From Streblospio benedicti (lineage: Eukaryota): a stretch of 62,000 nt of DNA. Location: assembly GCA_019095985.1 (NCBI GenBank), contig CM032667.1:53754001-53816000 (forward strand), written 5' to 3'. A program made the translations under genes and the position numbers. The first letter of the stretch is position 1. Every line of letters starts with the position of its first letter. The notes beneath the pieces were generated by a model. The model saw only the letters and a program-made list of their open reading frames with translations. It was not told the DNA's origin and searched no databases. Of the stretch, positions 27,598 through 39,666 are shown in pieces.

Positions 27598-28762
27598 TTT
27601 ATTAATCACTATTAATCACTATTCGTGAAACTTGTCATGGGAGGTACGTACAGTTGAAAATAACAAGTAACTATAACAATACATAACATTTAAGTAACAA
27701 TAAATAACAACATAGACTAGACAATACAAATACGGACGGATACAGTTGATAATACTGACAAGAAAGTTATATACCTTCATACAATGCAATACATGAAAAG
27801 GAACTTATGTGGAGAGATTGCGATAACGAATTGCGGAGAGAACGAAAGAGTTTTTGTACCTATTGGTTCTTGATGGAATTGAACGTAATCTTCTACCCGA
27901 AGGCAGATATGAAAATTTGTAATGTAATGGGTGGTTGTTATTTTCCATTATCTTCTTCAATTTAGAGTCAAGGCAATTAATATAAAAGATCGGACAGGTT
28001 AGTTGTTATACATCCTAATTTTTTGGCACACCCATACAATTTTGTTTAATTTCTTTATGTCAGCTGAAGTACATAGTTTATACCAGTTGGATAGACAAAA
28101 AGTAAAGTTTGATTGAATAATACATCTATAGAACGTCGATAAAGTATTCCTACTTAATTTGAGTGACCTCAATTTTCTGACAAAATACATTTTCTTATTT
28201 AATTTTTTTTAAAAGTGTATCCACATTGGGTGAACCAGACAGTTTGTCATCAATAATATTACCAAGATATTTATAGGTCTTGACTATTTCCACTTGCTGA
28301 TTTTTTATACGGAGAGGATTAATATTAGCTTTAGCACCACAGTTCCTAAAGTCAATAACCATTTCTTTAGTTTTTAGAAACATTTAAATTTAGATGATTG
28401 TCATCACAAAACCGATCAATTATTCAAAAAAATCGATCAACTTCCATGGTAATTAATTATGTATCCACAAAACTATGTTAGAATCCCTTTCATTTTAAAA
28501 GTTTTTCCATTAATATATGAGGTTGAATAGTATTAAAGGCACTACTGAAGTCAACAAATAGTATACGAGCATGACTACCAGGAGAGTCTAGGTGGCTTCT
28601 TATGATGTCATTTAAGGTAATTTTAGCATTGGTTTCAGAGTTAGCAAATTGGTAGCGATCAAGAAATGGTTTAACTACAGGTTTAATATAATAGAGAACA
28701 AGTCTTTCAAAACATTTCATTATAATAGCAGTCAGTGCAACTGGTCTAAGGTCATTTTTTAA
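27598..28762 (-). mobile_element. 5'-truncated, internally deleted non-LTR retrotransposon (Rex1/Babar-like RT) in the RING-MATH intron
   Basis: Minus-strand peptides LRPVALTAIIMKCFERLVL, HLDSPGSHARILFVDFSSAFNTIQPHIL, KTKEMVIDFR...YKYLG.IIDDKL and YFVRKLRSL...LSTFYRCIIQS. The PQG/YADD core is missing. AATAAA lies at the 3' end (~27597-27603). Absent from the homologous site at ~38265. Confidence 0.88.
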
Positions 28763-29378
28763 GGATAATTAGTATTTCACTTACAAATGACACTGACATA
28801 GTTTTGCGAGTGTATATATAGACTAGTATATATTTTGATTGGGAAGTCATTGTGCCTGTCATACAATCATGAATGTTAATCGAGTTTGGAGTGGGTGGAA
28901 TTGTGTTGCTTCAGCAGCTGAAGCAAAGCCTTGTGTTTGTTTTGTTTGTGTCCGTGTCTATATGTCTCCGGACAAGCTAGAGCTGTTACTGATGAACTTA
29001 TTTTGTTCAAACTTTACACAACTAGTGGTATTATGCAACACCAAAGTGATTGGATTTCGGGCACTGCCAATCAAAGTGTGCTTTCCACAGGGCCATATTT
29101 GGTCCATTTTCAACATTTTCTGAAATAGCTTTGTTAGTATGTTAATGTTTGGAAGAAACAATCAAACTTGGTAAAATGCTGACAAGCCTAACAAACCAGG
29201 AACATCAACTGTTTCCAATTTTAGCACTTTGCTGATAAAGTGTACCCACTAATGAGCCATTTCACTGAATTACTTTTTTACCACAATAGTTTCAATACTG
29301 TTTGAAACGTAAGCATCATATTGGCATAGTGGTTTAATATCACCAGATTAATGTCGACTCATGTGCAATAGATAATTA

Positions 29379-29544
29379 CTGTATACGACCATCCAAGTGC
29401 CCACCCCTGTGTAACAGCCCTCCCCCTCTTTTTCCTAAATGTCCATTCGAATTACATAGTAACAGCACTCCCGTGTAACAGCCCACCCCCATTTTGAGAA
29501 AATTTCAATTTAACAGCCCTGGGCGCTTGGATGGTCATTTATGC
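29379..29544. mobile_element. Tc1/mariner-type MITE in the RING-MATH intron
   Basis: Inverted repeats GACCATCCAAGTGCCC / GGGCGCTTGGATGGTC with TA flanks; absent from the homologous intron at ~38855. Confidence 0.65.
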
Positions 29545-29700
29545 TACTTAACCCATGTTTAGAAAGCACCAGGCCACCTGTACTCCAATGTCAAGAACAT
29601 AGATCTATGTAGGGTGTTTATTGGTCATGAGTCAATGTTGTTCTATCACACATTGAAATGATAAATGGTGTCAGTGAGGAATTACTGTATCTACTTGCAG

Positions 29701-30409
29701 GTTTGCCATGCTACCACTCCATGTGTCTGTCCTGCCTGGCAGGGTTTGTGAAGAAAAGCCTTCAAGAGAACTATCTGTGTCCCTTGTGTCAGGCAAAGTT
29801 CACTGTCCCAGCCGGGGGGTGAGCTGTCTGCCGACCAACACTGGCCTAACAGGCATGTTGGACCTGTTGCCCCCACAAGAAGAGTCAACACCAGTTGAAG
29901 AACCTGCGGTTGAGAAATCTACACAAACAAGTCATCAAGATGCGTGTGTTAAACTCTCTGAGTTAGGGAATGTCGGTTCCAACACTGTCAATATGTATAT
30001 GATGTTGAATGATGTGAGTGACTTTATTAACGGTGAATTAAATTCAACACGCTGTAGCCAGTATTGGTATGTGAAGGGAGTACCCTGGAAGGTATTGGCA
30101 CAAATAGAATTACCAGCGGATGACGATGTTGAGTTTACAGATAAAACGGATCCTGTTATCTGGATTGGTGTGGCTTGTGACAGTAAAGGAAAGGACTGGC
30201 AATATACGACTACACTAAAAATGAGATTGTACAACTATGATACTGGGAGCTTTGAAACACATGTCAAAGTGGATAAGCATGATTTTAATGCTGATGGCAA
30301 CGCCTGGGGATGGGACTTTTTTTCCAAGAAGTCTTTGCTCAAACTTGTTAATAATAAGTATGTGAAGAACAATTCTTTGATGGTTTTAGTTGAACTCACT
30401 GTGCATTAA
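29701..30409 (+). CDS. RING-MATH protein, coding exon 2 (rest of RING, linker, MATH/TRAF-C domain); apparent 1-nt frameshift in G6 run 29814-29819
   Basis: Acceptor 'ctacttgcag|GT'. The first frame gives LPCYHSMCLSCLAGFVKKSLQENYLCPLCQAKFTVPAGG. Adding one G continues into ORF 29708..30409 as VSCLPTNTGLTGMLDLL, a TRIM-like post-RING motif. MATH hallmarks follow: SQYWYVKGVPWKV, IWIGVAC, LKMRLYN, HDFNADGNAWGWDFF, YVKNNSLMVLVELTV. Stop TAA at 30407-30409. Confidence 0.85.
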
Positions 30410-30462
30410 ATGTAGTATGTTTCTATGGTAATTTTGGTGGAAACTTACACATCGAAATTGTC

Positions 30463-31520
30463 ATAAACTATATTAAATTAGTTTTATTGTGACGAATAGA
30501 AATTGTAACTGGTGTTGCATGCAGTGAGAAGTGATGTCCAGTGATGAGTAGCAACTCAACGCTTGATTGATTAATTACCATTGCAATGTTCACCATGCAG
30601 ATCCATTACATTGCTGTGCAGATCACATAAATGTGACAAACATATATACATTGTAATTAGCATATAATTTTCATTACCTGATCATGTTGCGTTAAGATTG
30701 ATGTTATTGTGGGTTGATAATAACATACTCAGTGATACTAATGCAAGATGTTTGGTGTTAGTTTAAGATAGTTTAAGTTATCTTTTTTTATATATTGTTA
30801 TGCTTAGAGTTTCAAAGCTGATCAAATCATTAATTTCAAACACGGGTTATAGAATATTCTTTACTTTTATTTGATAGTGTGGGCCAGATTTGGGATGAAT
30901 AACAATTTTGAAATTCTATTTCAATTACACGGTCCTTCCCTACCAGGTATGTTAAAATGATTACGGAATTTTAGAATGATTACATTACATGAACATGTAT
31001 GTATGACTTCATAAACTTGCTATGTCTTTTGCTGCATTATTTTGATTAACTGAGTGCTGTATGTTCTCCTAGCGAGTTCATGTTTAGCATGATGACAATA
31101 TATTAAGAAGTAAATTAAGAGTACGCAAATTCAACATTCATATTTTATAACCATCGGTTTTTAAAACTCGGTATGAAAGTTGCATAAGATTCAAAAATTG
31201 TTATAAACCATATTCAATTAGTTTTATTGTGACGAATAGAAATTGTAACTGGTGTTGCATGCAGTGAGAAGTGATGTTCAGTGATGAGTAGCAACTCAAC
31301 GCTTGATTGATTAATTACCATTGTAATGTTCACCATGCAGATCCATTTGCATTGTGCAGATCACATAAATGTGACAAACATATATACATTGTAATTAGCA
31401 TATAATTTTCATTACCTGATCATGTTGCGTTAAGAATGATGTTATTGTGGATTGATAATAACACTCAGTGATACTAATGCAAGATGTTTGGTGTTAGTTT
31501 AAGATAGTTTAAGTTACCTT
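30463..31520 (+). repeat. Direct repeat with ~740-bp period just 3' of the MATH exon, running into the gap
   Basis: ~30463-30780 is near-identical to ~31203-31518. Confidence 0.88.
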
Positions 31521-31620
31521 NNNNNNNNNNNNNNNNNNNNNNNNNNNNNNNNNNNNNNNNNNNNNNNNNNNNNNNNNNNNNNNNNNNNNNNNNNNNNNNN
31601 NNNNNNNNNNNNNNNNNNNN
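31521..31620. other. Assembly gap (100 N); others at 39879-39978 and 45396-45495
   Basis: N runs of exactly 100. Confidence 1.
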
Positions 31621-31941
31621 TATGTTTGAAATTATAAACACAAACAAGAACGAGATTCACTGTTGATTACAAAGCTAAATTGCCTGCATCCCTTTTCTCC
31701 CCAAATATAACCTCTCAATCAATTCACTATTTCTCACACTACATTTGACATTCACAAATATAATGTACAAATCTCAAAGAACCTACTCCACGCCCCATAT
31801 ATATACACTGGCAGATCAAGGTATTCATTAAAAAAGGAGAGGGGCAGCGAGTCGATTTCACGGTTTTCATATCTCCTGTATATATCAGCTATAATTTAAA
31901 AAAGAAAACTGGATCTGCCACTAATACATTTCTCTACTCAC

Positions 31942-32110
31942 CGTGTGCCGCGTCCGGTGCCTGGCGTGCTCCGGCGGCGGGGGGCGGCGCGGGGCGGCGG
32001 CGGCGGCCGCCCACCACCCCGCCATGGCGGCCAGCGTGAAGCAGCACGGCGGCCGCCACCGCGCACCCCGTCACCACGGACACCACGCGCCGCTCGCCGG
32101 AACTGTAGTC
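31942..32110 (-). CDS. Transmembrane exon, copy 3 (compensating small indels)
   Basis: Homologous to 13217-13388 with the same splice sites; local frameshift within the TM segment. Confidence 0.5.
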
Positions 32111-34254
32111 CTGCAAACAGAGGGCGGGTTTAGATAGAGTGGAAACAGTTATTAAGGCCACAACTCTAAAGTGGCCACCTCTTTAATGAGAACGGTGTTC
32201 ACGGTCCCCCAGCTGTATGTAGAAACCACTTCTAATCACGACCAATTGAGCCAAGTCCCGAGGGTGTTCGTATTATTCTAATGTATGGTCAAACTGTACT
32301 AAGATTATACACCTGCCTGGCACGAAGCTTGAAAAGAACAGCATTTGGAGCTAGGTGCGGGGTTTCTTTGAAATATCAATCTTAAATCATAAAGATTTTA
32401 TTACAACGTACAAACATGTTATTTTAATGATACCCCATCTTAAGCCTCCCGCACAAGTGGTTTACATTCAATCCCGTGAAAATATGGCGTCGACTCGGTT
32501 GACTACAGGCTGTTTCAAATGTACTATATGAGCATATTATGTATTGCATATGCGCATGATGATAAAAATATTGAAACATTCTATAGAATCTACGGAAACA
32601 CTCTCGAGGCCCATACGATGTCTGCTTAGGAACCATTGTACACAAACTGTGAAAATTGGGTAGGCCTTGTGCTGTCTTTAGGCTCATAATATGCTTGATG
32701 CATAGTATTTTGAACGTCTATTAATTTACGGGTGTGTGGGTAGGACTATATACGTTGATAAGATTCGATCACTTTTGAGAGTTCAGTGCTCCTTGCCTGA
32801 GGAAGAGATAAGTTGTAGTCAACTCCTAAACGTTCATTCCTTACCCATGGCAACATTGGATGTCTATGACATAATAACCAGACAACTTATCAGCTGTCAA
32901 ACGACATAAACAGTCACGTAAGAACTTCCATATGGATAGGATTACACATTTAGCAATCGTTCGCGGAGCTCACAATTTATGACCAGTGCAGACAGATGTC
33001 CCACGTGGTCCTAAAAAGGAGGTTCTCCTGTATTACGTGATATTACACTGTGAACATTAACCTTCAGAGCGTTGCTATAAGAGCCGGGATGCCCGGGCCG
33101 GGATGACAGTATCAAGTGTGCAGCGTTCATTATTCATCACACTGCAATATACACTTTCTTGAGAAATCAGCAAGAAACGACCAGAACATATCAGTTCAAG
33201 GTTGTGTTTGTTATATTTATTGGAATTTATGACCGTATTTGAGATACTTAATACATGTGCTACATGTACACTAATAGTACCACTGGGAGAGGGGTCAGTA
33301 AGCATTTCCACCTATCTGACCCTCCACAAGCACCTCACACATCATCTTACCCAAATCTCCCCTTCAAATTCAAGTACTAATAACAAACGTTATTTTGCGC
33401 TATATGAGGCCGTAATAAACCGCCGCCTGTGACCTCCCTGACCCCACCTGCCCCCGGGTGACGGGTATGATTGAGCACGCACGCTGAGTAACTCAGACTC
33501 AGCTGCCGCCGACCCCAAGATTATAAAGTATAAACCTGTAAGTACGTGGGAATGTTGCATCATATGATACAATGTACATGTATATTAATACATGTACGTT
33601 GCAAATTTGAGAATACTTATATGATTTTTAATTGGATTGTCGAGAGTTTATGGCTATTGAACGTGATAAAGGTCACCTAATAGACATAAAGAGAATTGAG
33701 TATAATTTTTAATTAGATCATCTCTATAAGACAGCCTCTATATATGTTCTTGTCATCCCGATCATTCACAATGAGACCACAATAATGGCATTGTCACAAA
33801 AAACAGCTTATGTGTAGTACATGTATGTGGGATGCACAAGTTTTGGTGTGTGTTTTTTGTGTAAGCGGGGCTCCATGAAAACAAAATGACAATATTTAGT
33901 GACATTTATGTGAAAAATGCACGGCTGTAACACTAGTGATACACACGGAAAACACTAAATAAGCACGAATTTGTTTTCTGGTGGATGAAAAAAATTATTA
34001 CCATATCATCATAACTTGTTCCGCTTGGTCCACTCACTTCCCGTATAACTTAACTCGTCAATTACTGTTATACACCTACAGAGCGGTAAAAAAGTTTTGA
34101 ACCTCTTTTAGGACGAATGAGAATAGAGGTATTATACATTTTAATCTGTCTAAGCAAACTTAAGTGAAGGAGATGTGTCCATATAATGTACACGTAAGTC
34201 AACAGTATTCTCAATTAAACCCCCGCGTCACACGTCACGTGATCACACACCACG

Positions 34255-34535
34255 GCCCCTGCAACCCCCCCCTTCCCTCTTTCCTATGTTTTGCAAGTGC
34301 CCCCTTCCACCCAAAATACTATCAAGCTCTATCCTTCTCTCAAGTCTAGCCCCCTACTTACCTATAATCTTGAACCCCCTCCCATATACACTGTGCCCCC
34401 ACTTTCTCTCAAAGTTTTCCCTTCAGCCATATAATACTCACAAGTCCCTGCCTTCTCTCAAGCCAAGCCTCCACCCCTCAGACCTAATATAATATAATCT
34501 CACTATCCCCATGCCTTCTCTCAAGCTCTCACCCC

Positions 34536-34570
<35 letters not shown>

Positions 34571-34715
34571 CATAAGCCCCCACCCCTTACACTGTCACAC
34601 TCCTACCTCCTCTCAAGACAGAACCCACCCACCCACCCACCCATATACTCACAAGACCCCTCTCCCCCATACTCTCACAAGCCGAAGCGATGTCTCAAGC
34701 CCATTCCCCGCCATA
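34255..34715 (+). repeat. C-rich degenerate minisatellite (CTCTCAAGCC / ATACTCACAAGCC motifs); related tracts at 17650-17950, 26380-26700, 36280-36720
   Basis: Recurring motifs with strong C-over-G skew. Confidence 0.65.
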
Positions 34716-35767
34716 CAGTACTGACACAGTCAGAAGAATACAGAAGCGAAATATAAAGAATTACGCTACAATTCTTTCCCATTTCTTCTCATTATGACGA
34801 CTGCTACGAACGAAAAAAAAGTTCTGTTACGAACAGAAGTTACGGCTTTCTTCTTAACTTGTCTGAAGTAATAATTATTCTGGTTTTCACCCTTATGCTA
34901 CAGATAGACGTCCATTTACGGACCTTCGGATGCTTGCATAATGAAAATACGTAAATATTATGAAAATACGCAGCACAGAGGCCCAAAATCCCACCTGTGA
35001 AGATAAACTCACATCGGGAGATGGGTCGTCGTAAGACTGCGGATCCTGCGGTTAGAGTTACGGATAGATACGGATGCTTACATACATCGAGAATTCTGAA
35101 GGTAACTGGGGAAAGTTAAGAATTGCCGTATATACACTAAAATTCGCCGTAAGATTAAGGGCTACAAAAACAGTCTTGAAGTACCAAATCTATTTCGATT
35201 TTATTCATTTTTTTTTTTTGAGGTTTGTCACGACTACTACTCCTACGTTGATTTGACCTTGACTTTAGCCTGCACGTCATATACACTCGACTCGTGTAGG
35301 AGGGCCGAAAGTGTCACTTAAATCATGCTGACGGCCGAAAATTGTCAAGAAGGGGGCCGAAAAATTGTAAACACGTGAGAAATACATAATCCTTATACAG
35401 GTGCTCTTTCATTACCATCGTGTTTGGTGAATCATATTAGATAGTACACTAAATATGTACTTGTAAGTAAAACATTCATGTAGAATGTGTGTGCCAGTTA
35501 ATATAGCTATGACAGTTTTCGGCCTTTAAAGGGCCGAAAATAGGCTGGTTTACCCTACACGGAGCAACACGGATGGGTATACGTATCTTACGGACGAGTT
35601 TACGTATCTTATGTGATCCTAAGAGATCTGCGTATGTCTGCGAATGTCTGCGTATCCTGCGTATTGAGTTACGGATAGATACGTATGCTTACGTATGCTT
35701 ACGGAAGATACGTATTCTTGCGGAAGCTTACGTATTTGTTATCCGCAAGCGTCCGCATCTACCGTAA

Positions 35768-36096
35768 AACCCGCTTTACACTTGAGCGATCATGGGCGAA
35801 CCTGTGCAACGCATCTGCACGTATTATGTCACGTCGTCAACTTGGGCGTGTTGTGGCGGCATTGAGCGTAGTAAAAATCCACGGTACGACAAGTTGCAGA
35901 GGCAAACGAAGTGTTACTTGTATGTGCGAATGTTCTGCGATCCGTAGCCGCATCATAACTATTAAAAGCAAACTTTAACCAAACTGAATGTTCGTTCAAA
36001 ATTTTTGAACATGTTCAAAATTTCCTGACGAATTTGCCAGTTCGCCAGTGTACGTAGAGCTACGTAGGTGGAATTCGCTATAGTGTAAAGGGGGTG
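35768..36096. mobile_element. PIF/Harbinger-like MITE
   Basis: Imperfect ~22-bp TIRs (AACCCGCTTTACACTTGAGCGA / TCGCTATAGTGTAAAGGGGGTG) flanked by TAA and TTA; internal palindrome TTTGAACATGTTCAAA. Confidence 0.6.
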
Positions 36097-36925
36097 TTAG
36101 TGGCGGTGTGACTGTAGCACTATATATTACGCATATTACAGAGGAAGAGCCGGTCCAAGAAAACAGTGATAGCCGTAACTTTGTTTCGAACTGTTACGAA
36201 TTGTTACATTTTATTACGCCCATTCCTCTAATTTTGTTACGGTTATTTATCCTTCTAACCGTGTCAGTACTGTATACTTACAAGCCCCCCCCCCCCACCC
36301 AAAAAAAGAAAGAAAAAGAAAAAAAATAAATAAATAAAAATAAAAAATGAAACTCTCAAACCAAGGCCCGCCCCAGCGATATACTAACAAGCCCCCCTCC
36401 CCACCCCCATTCTCTCGTTCATCCCCTTGTTTTCTCTCCAGTACCCCCCCTCTTACACCTCATGCGTATACTCACAAGCCCCCAACCCCCACCTCCACCC
36501 TAGCCATATAGTCACAAACCCCCGCTTTCTCTCAAGTTACCCTCCTCATGCGTATACTCACAAGCCCTCCTCCCCCCACCATCCATTTTCTCCAGGTTTC
36601 ACCTTCTCTCAAGCCCCTCCCCCCCTCCCAAACGACCCAATTATCTCACAAGCCGCCACAATCTCTCAAGCCCACTCCTCGGCCTATACTTACAACGCCC
36701 ATCCCCATTCTCTAAGTATCTGATGAAAAATATATATATTGTATATAGAGTCTATAACTACCCTTCGAGTCATAAAAATCCCCGTCCGCGAGTCCCAGTG
36801 ACGCGAAACAAAATTTTCAAGCACCGCCACCCTTCAAAACCTGGATACATCACTGACATCTATCCTCAAGCCGGCGCGAATCAAAGGAAGCCCGCCAGAT
36901 GAAAACATTGCAACTTAACCATATA

Positions 36926-37765
36926 CACTCGGGGCCACAGCCGCAAAAAACACAGTACTCTATGAAAAATCAATAAGTCTAAAATGAACAAACTATCATG
37001 CGAGGAAAAGCGCCAAAAACTGATACGGTCCATTTGTTTCTTAAAATACACTCTTACATTTTGATACTGCCCCCTAACATATTATATACTGTTTGGAAAC
37101 TTCAACGTTTGCACTTTCAGAATCTGGTTTCAAAATATTGATTATTCTTAAGTACCAACAACTCCTTGATTCTGCGAACTTAAGACACCATTAAAAATCA
37201 CTCTCCCAGACATTCTCAATGTTTGGTGTTAAGAATGCAAAAATGCGTCCATCAGACACATCTTGGAAAGGGTCTTAATCGTAAGTTTAACCTCTTGTCT
37301 ACAACATATCAAAATATTAATCTTTTTGGTCGTTGCATAATGGTCCGAAAAAAAGCAAGTATATTTCGTAACTTTGGCTGTTCTAACAGCTTTCCCCATT
37401 TAAACACATTGTAAGGGGTGACCTAAGATAACTTCCGGTACTAGTCGCATGAATAACAAACTTAATCGACATGGACACATTTTGTTAGTACAAGATTAAG
37501 CTCTTTAAAACGTTTTCATGTAGGATGGCATTTCAGAATATTAAGATTCGAGTGCGCAAGAAGCATGTATTTTGGCAACAAACTTAGGCTAAAATGTGCA
37601 TTTTGCGAGATAACAAGCCGAGCGCACCTGCCACTTCAGGAATGGACCGAACTTCAAAGAGATCACACACACTGCTGCGGGCGTAACTGTGTAACGACTT
37701 CAAAATCAAAATACTGCCAAAACCCCGATCTTAAAATAACATTCCCGGGGAAAAGGGGCCCCCCA
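36926..37765. mobile_element. ~840-bp insertion starting CACTCGGGG (probable non-autonomous DNA transposon)
   Basis: Lies between 'accatata' and 'aaagtgg' in copy 3 and is absent at 27107 and 18345. The right terminus falls in garbled sequence, so TIR and TSD cannot be confirmed. Confidence 0.5.
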
Positions 37766-38145
37766 AAAAAAAGGGAAAAGTGGGGGTTTTGACGTGACAT
37801 TTGGGTATTTAAAGCTGCTGTTTTTTTTTTTTGGGTTAATTTAAAATTCATTGCACATGCATCATTGTATAACATACTGAACATTTTTCTTTAAATCAAA
37901 TCGTCGGTCATAGGGTTTAAAGTCTTTAAAATGCATGTCGAAAAAAAGGGAGATCTAGTCCCTGTATCAGCTGGTGAAAAAAAAGGGGCCCATCGTTTTT
38001 TAAATATGAACAGCAAGGCAACGCTGCAACGCACCAGTACACAGTCACACTTTTTCAACAGTACACAATACGCAGTACAAAAACCCATTAATGGTAACTT
38101 TAGTATTAGACAAAAGAAACTTAAAATTATAAAAAATATACAGTC

Positions 38146-39666
38146 ATGGCTATTGGGGGCAGTGGGGATTACGTTACCAAATTGGGAAAGGAAAAACCCG
38201 TCATGCCCAGTATGCTCAAGTGTTTTTCTAGAAAAAAAAGGATACCTAAAGGGGAAGAAGATCTTGTGGGATAATTAGTATTTTCACTTACAAATGACAC
38301 TGACATAGTTTTTCCCGGGGTTTTATAGACTAGTATATATTTTGATTGGGAAGTCATTGTGCCTGTCCTACAATCATGAATGTTTGGGGGTTTTTTTGGG
38401 GTGGGTGGGAAATTTTCGCTTCAACAGCTGAAGCAAACCGGGTTTTTTTTGTTTGTGTCTGTGTCTATATGTCTCCGGGCAAGCTAGAGCTGTTACTGAT
38501 GGCCTTTTTTTTTCAAACTTTTCAAAAACTATGTTTTTATGCGACACCAAAATGATTGGATTTGGGGCTGTCAAAGTTGGGTTTAAAGGGGCCCTATTTG
38601 GTCCATTTTTTAAAAATTTTTTTGGGAAAAAAACTTTGTTAGTATGTTAAAAGTTTTGGGAAAAAACAATCAAACTTGGTAAAATGCTGACAACCAACAA
38701 ACCGGGAACATAAATTTTAAAGCACTTTGCTGAAAAAAGTGTACCCACAATAGCCATTTCACTGAATTTTTTTTTACCAAAATGGTTTCAATTGTTTAAA
38801 ACGTCATCTTTGGTAGTTTTAATATCCCAGTTTAAATTCCACTTGGGAAATTAATTTCAACCCCATGTTTAGAAAGCACCGGGCCCCCTGCTCCAATGTC
38901 AAAAAAGATTATAAGGTTGTTTATTGGCATGAGTCAATGTTGTTCTATAAAATTGAAATGATAAATGGTCCCCGGGGGAAATTACTTATCTACTTCGGGT
39001 TTTCCTCTACCACTCCATGTGTTGTCCTGCCTGGGAGGGGTTTTTGAAGAAAAACCTTCAAGAGAACTACTGTGCCCTTGTGTCCCGGCAAATTACTGTC
39101 CCCGCCGGGGGGGGAGCTGTCGCCCCCCTTTTGGGCCCAACAGGCATGTTGGACCTGTTGCCCCCACAAGAAAAAGGGCAACACCAGTTGAAAAACCCGG
39201 TTTTAGAAATCTACACAAACAAGTCATAAGATGCGGTGTTAAACTCTCTGGTTAGGGAATGTCGGTTCCAACACTGTCAATATGTATATGATGTTGAAAT
39301 TGAGGACTTTATTAACGGTGAATTAAATTCAAACGCTGTAGCCCCAATGTGAAGGGTACCCTGGAAGGGATTGCCAAAAAAAATTACCAGCGGATACATT
39401 TGAGTTTACAGAAAAACGGATCCTTTATCTGGATTGGGGGCTTTTGACGTAAAAAAGGAAAAAAACTGCAATACCCACACACTAAAAATGGTTTAAAATA
39501 TGATACTGGGGCTTTGAAACACATGCCCCAAAATGGAAAGCATGATTTTAATGCTGATGGGAAGCCTGGGGATGGGACTTTTTCCAAAAGTCTTTGCTCA
39601 AACTTGTTAATAATAAGTATGTGAAGAACAATTCTTTGATGGTTTTAGTTGAACTCACTGCATTAA
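38146..39666 (+). pseudogene. Second copy (probably allele/haplotig) of the RING-MATH gene in very low-quality sequence
   Basis: Collinear with 27487-30409 (ATG 38146, TAA 39664-39666) but full of homopolymer expansions. Its intron lacks the LINE and the small MITE. The disablements may be sequencing noise rather than real pseudogenisation. Confidence 0.6.

Noticed and set aside
28925..28985. CFVCVRVYMSPDKL as a possible RING start
   Set aside because: No splice donor in phase, and the exon at 27487-27589 supplies the true CxxC.
29708..29819. N-terminus MLPLHVSVLPGRVCEEK... of the 233-aa ORF
   Set aside because: Wrong frame; the adjacent frame encodes the RING ligands and matches the upstream exon phase.
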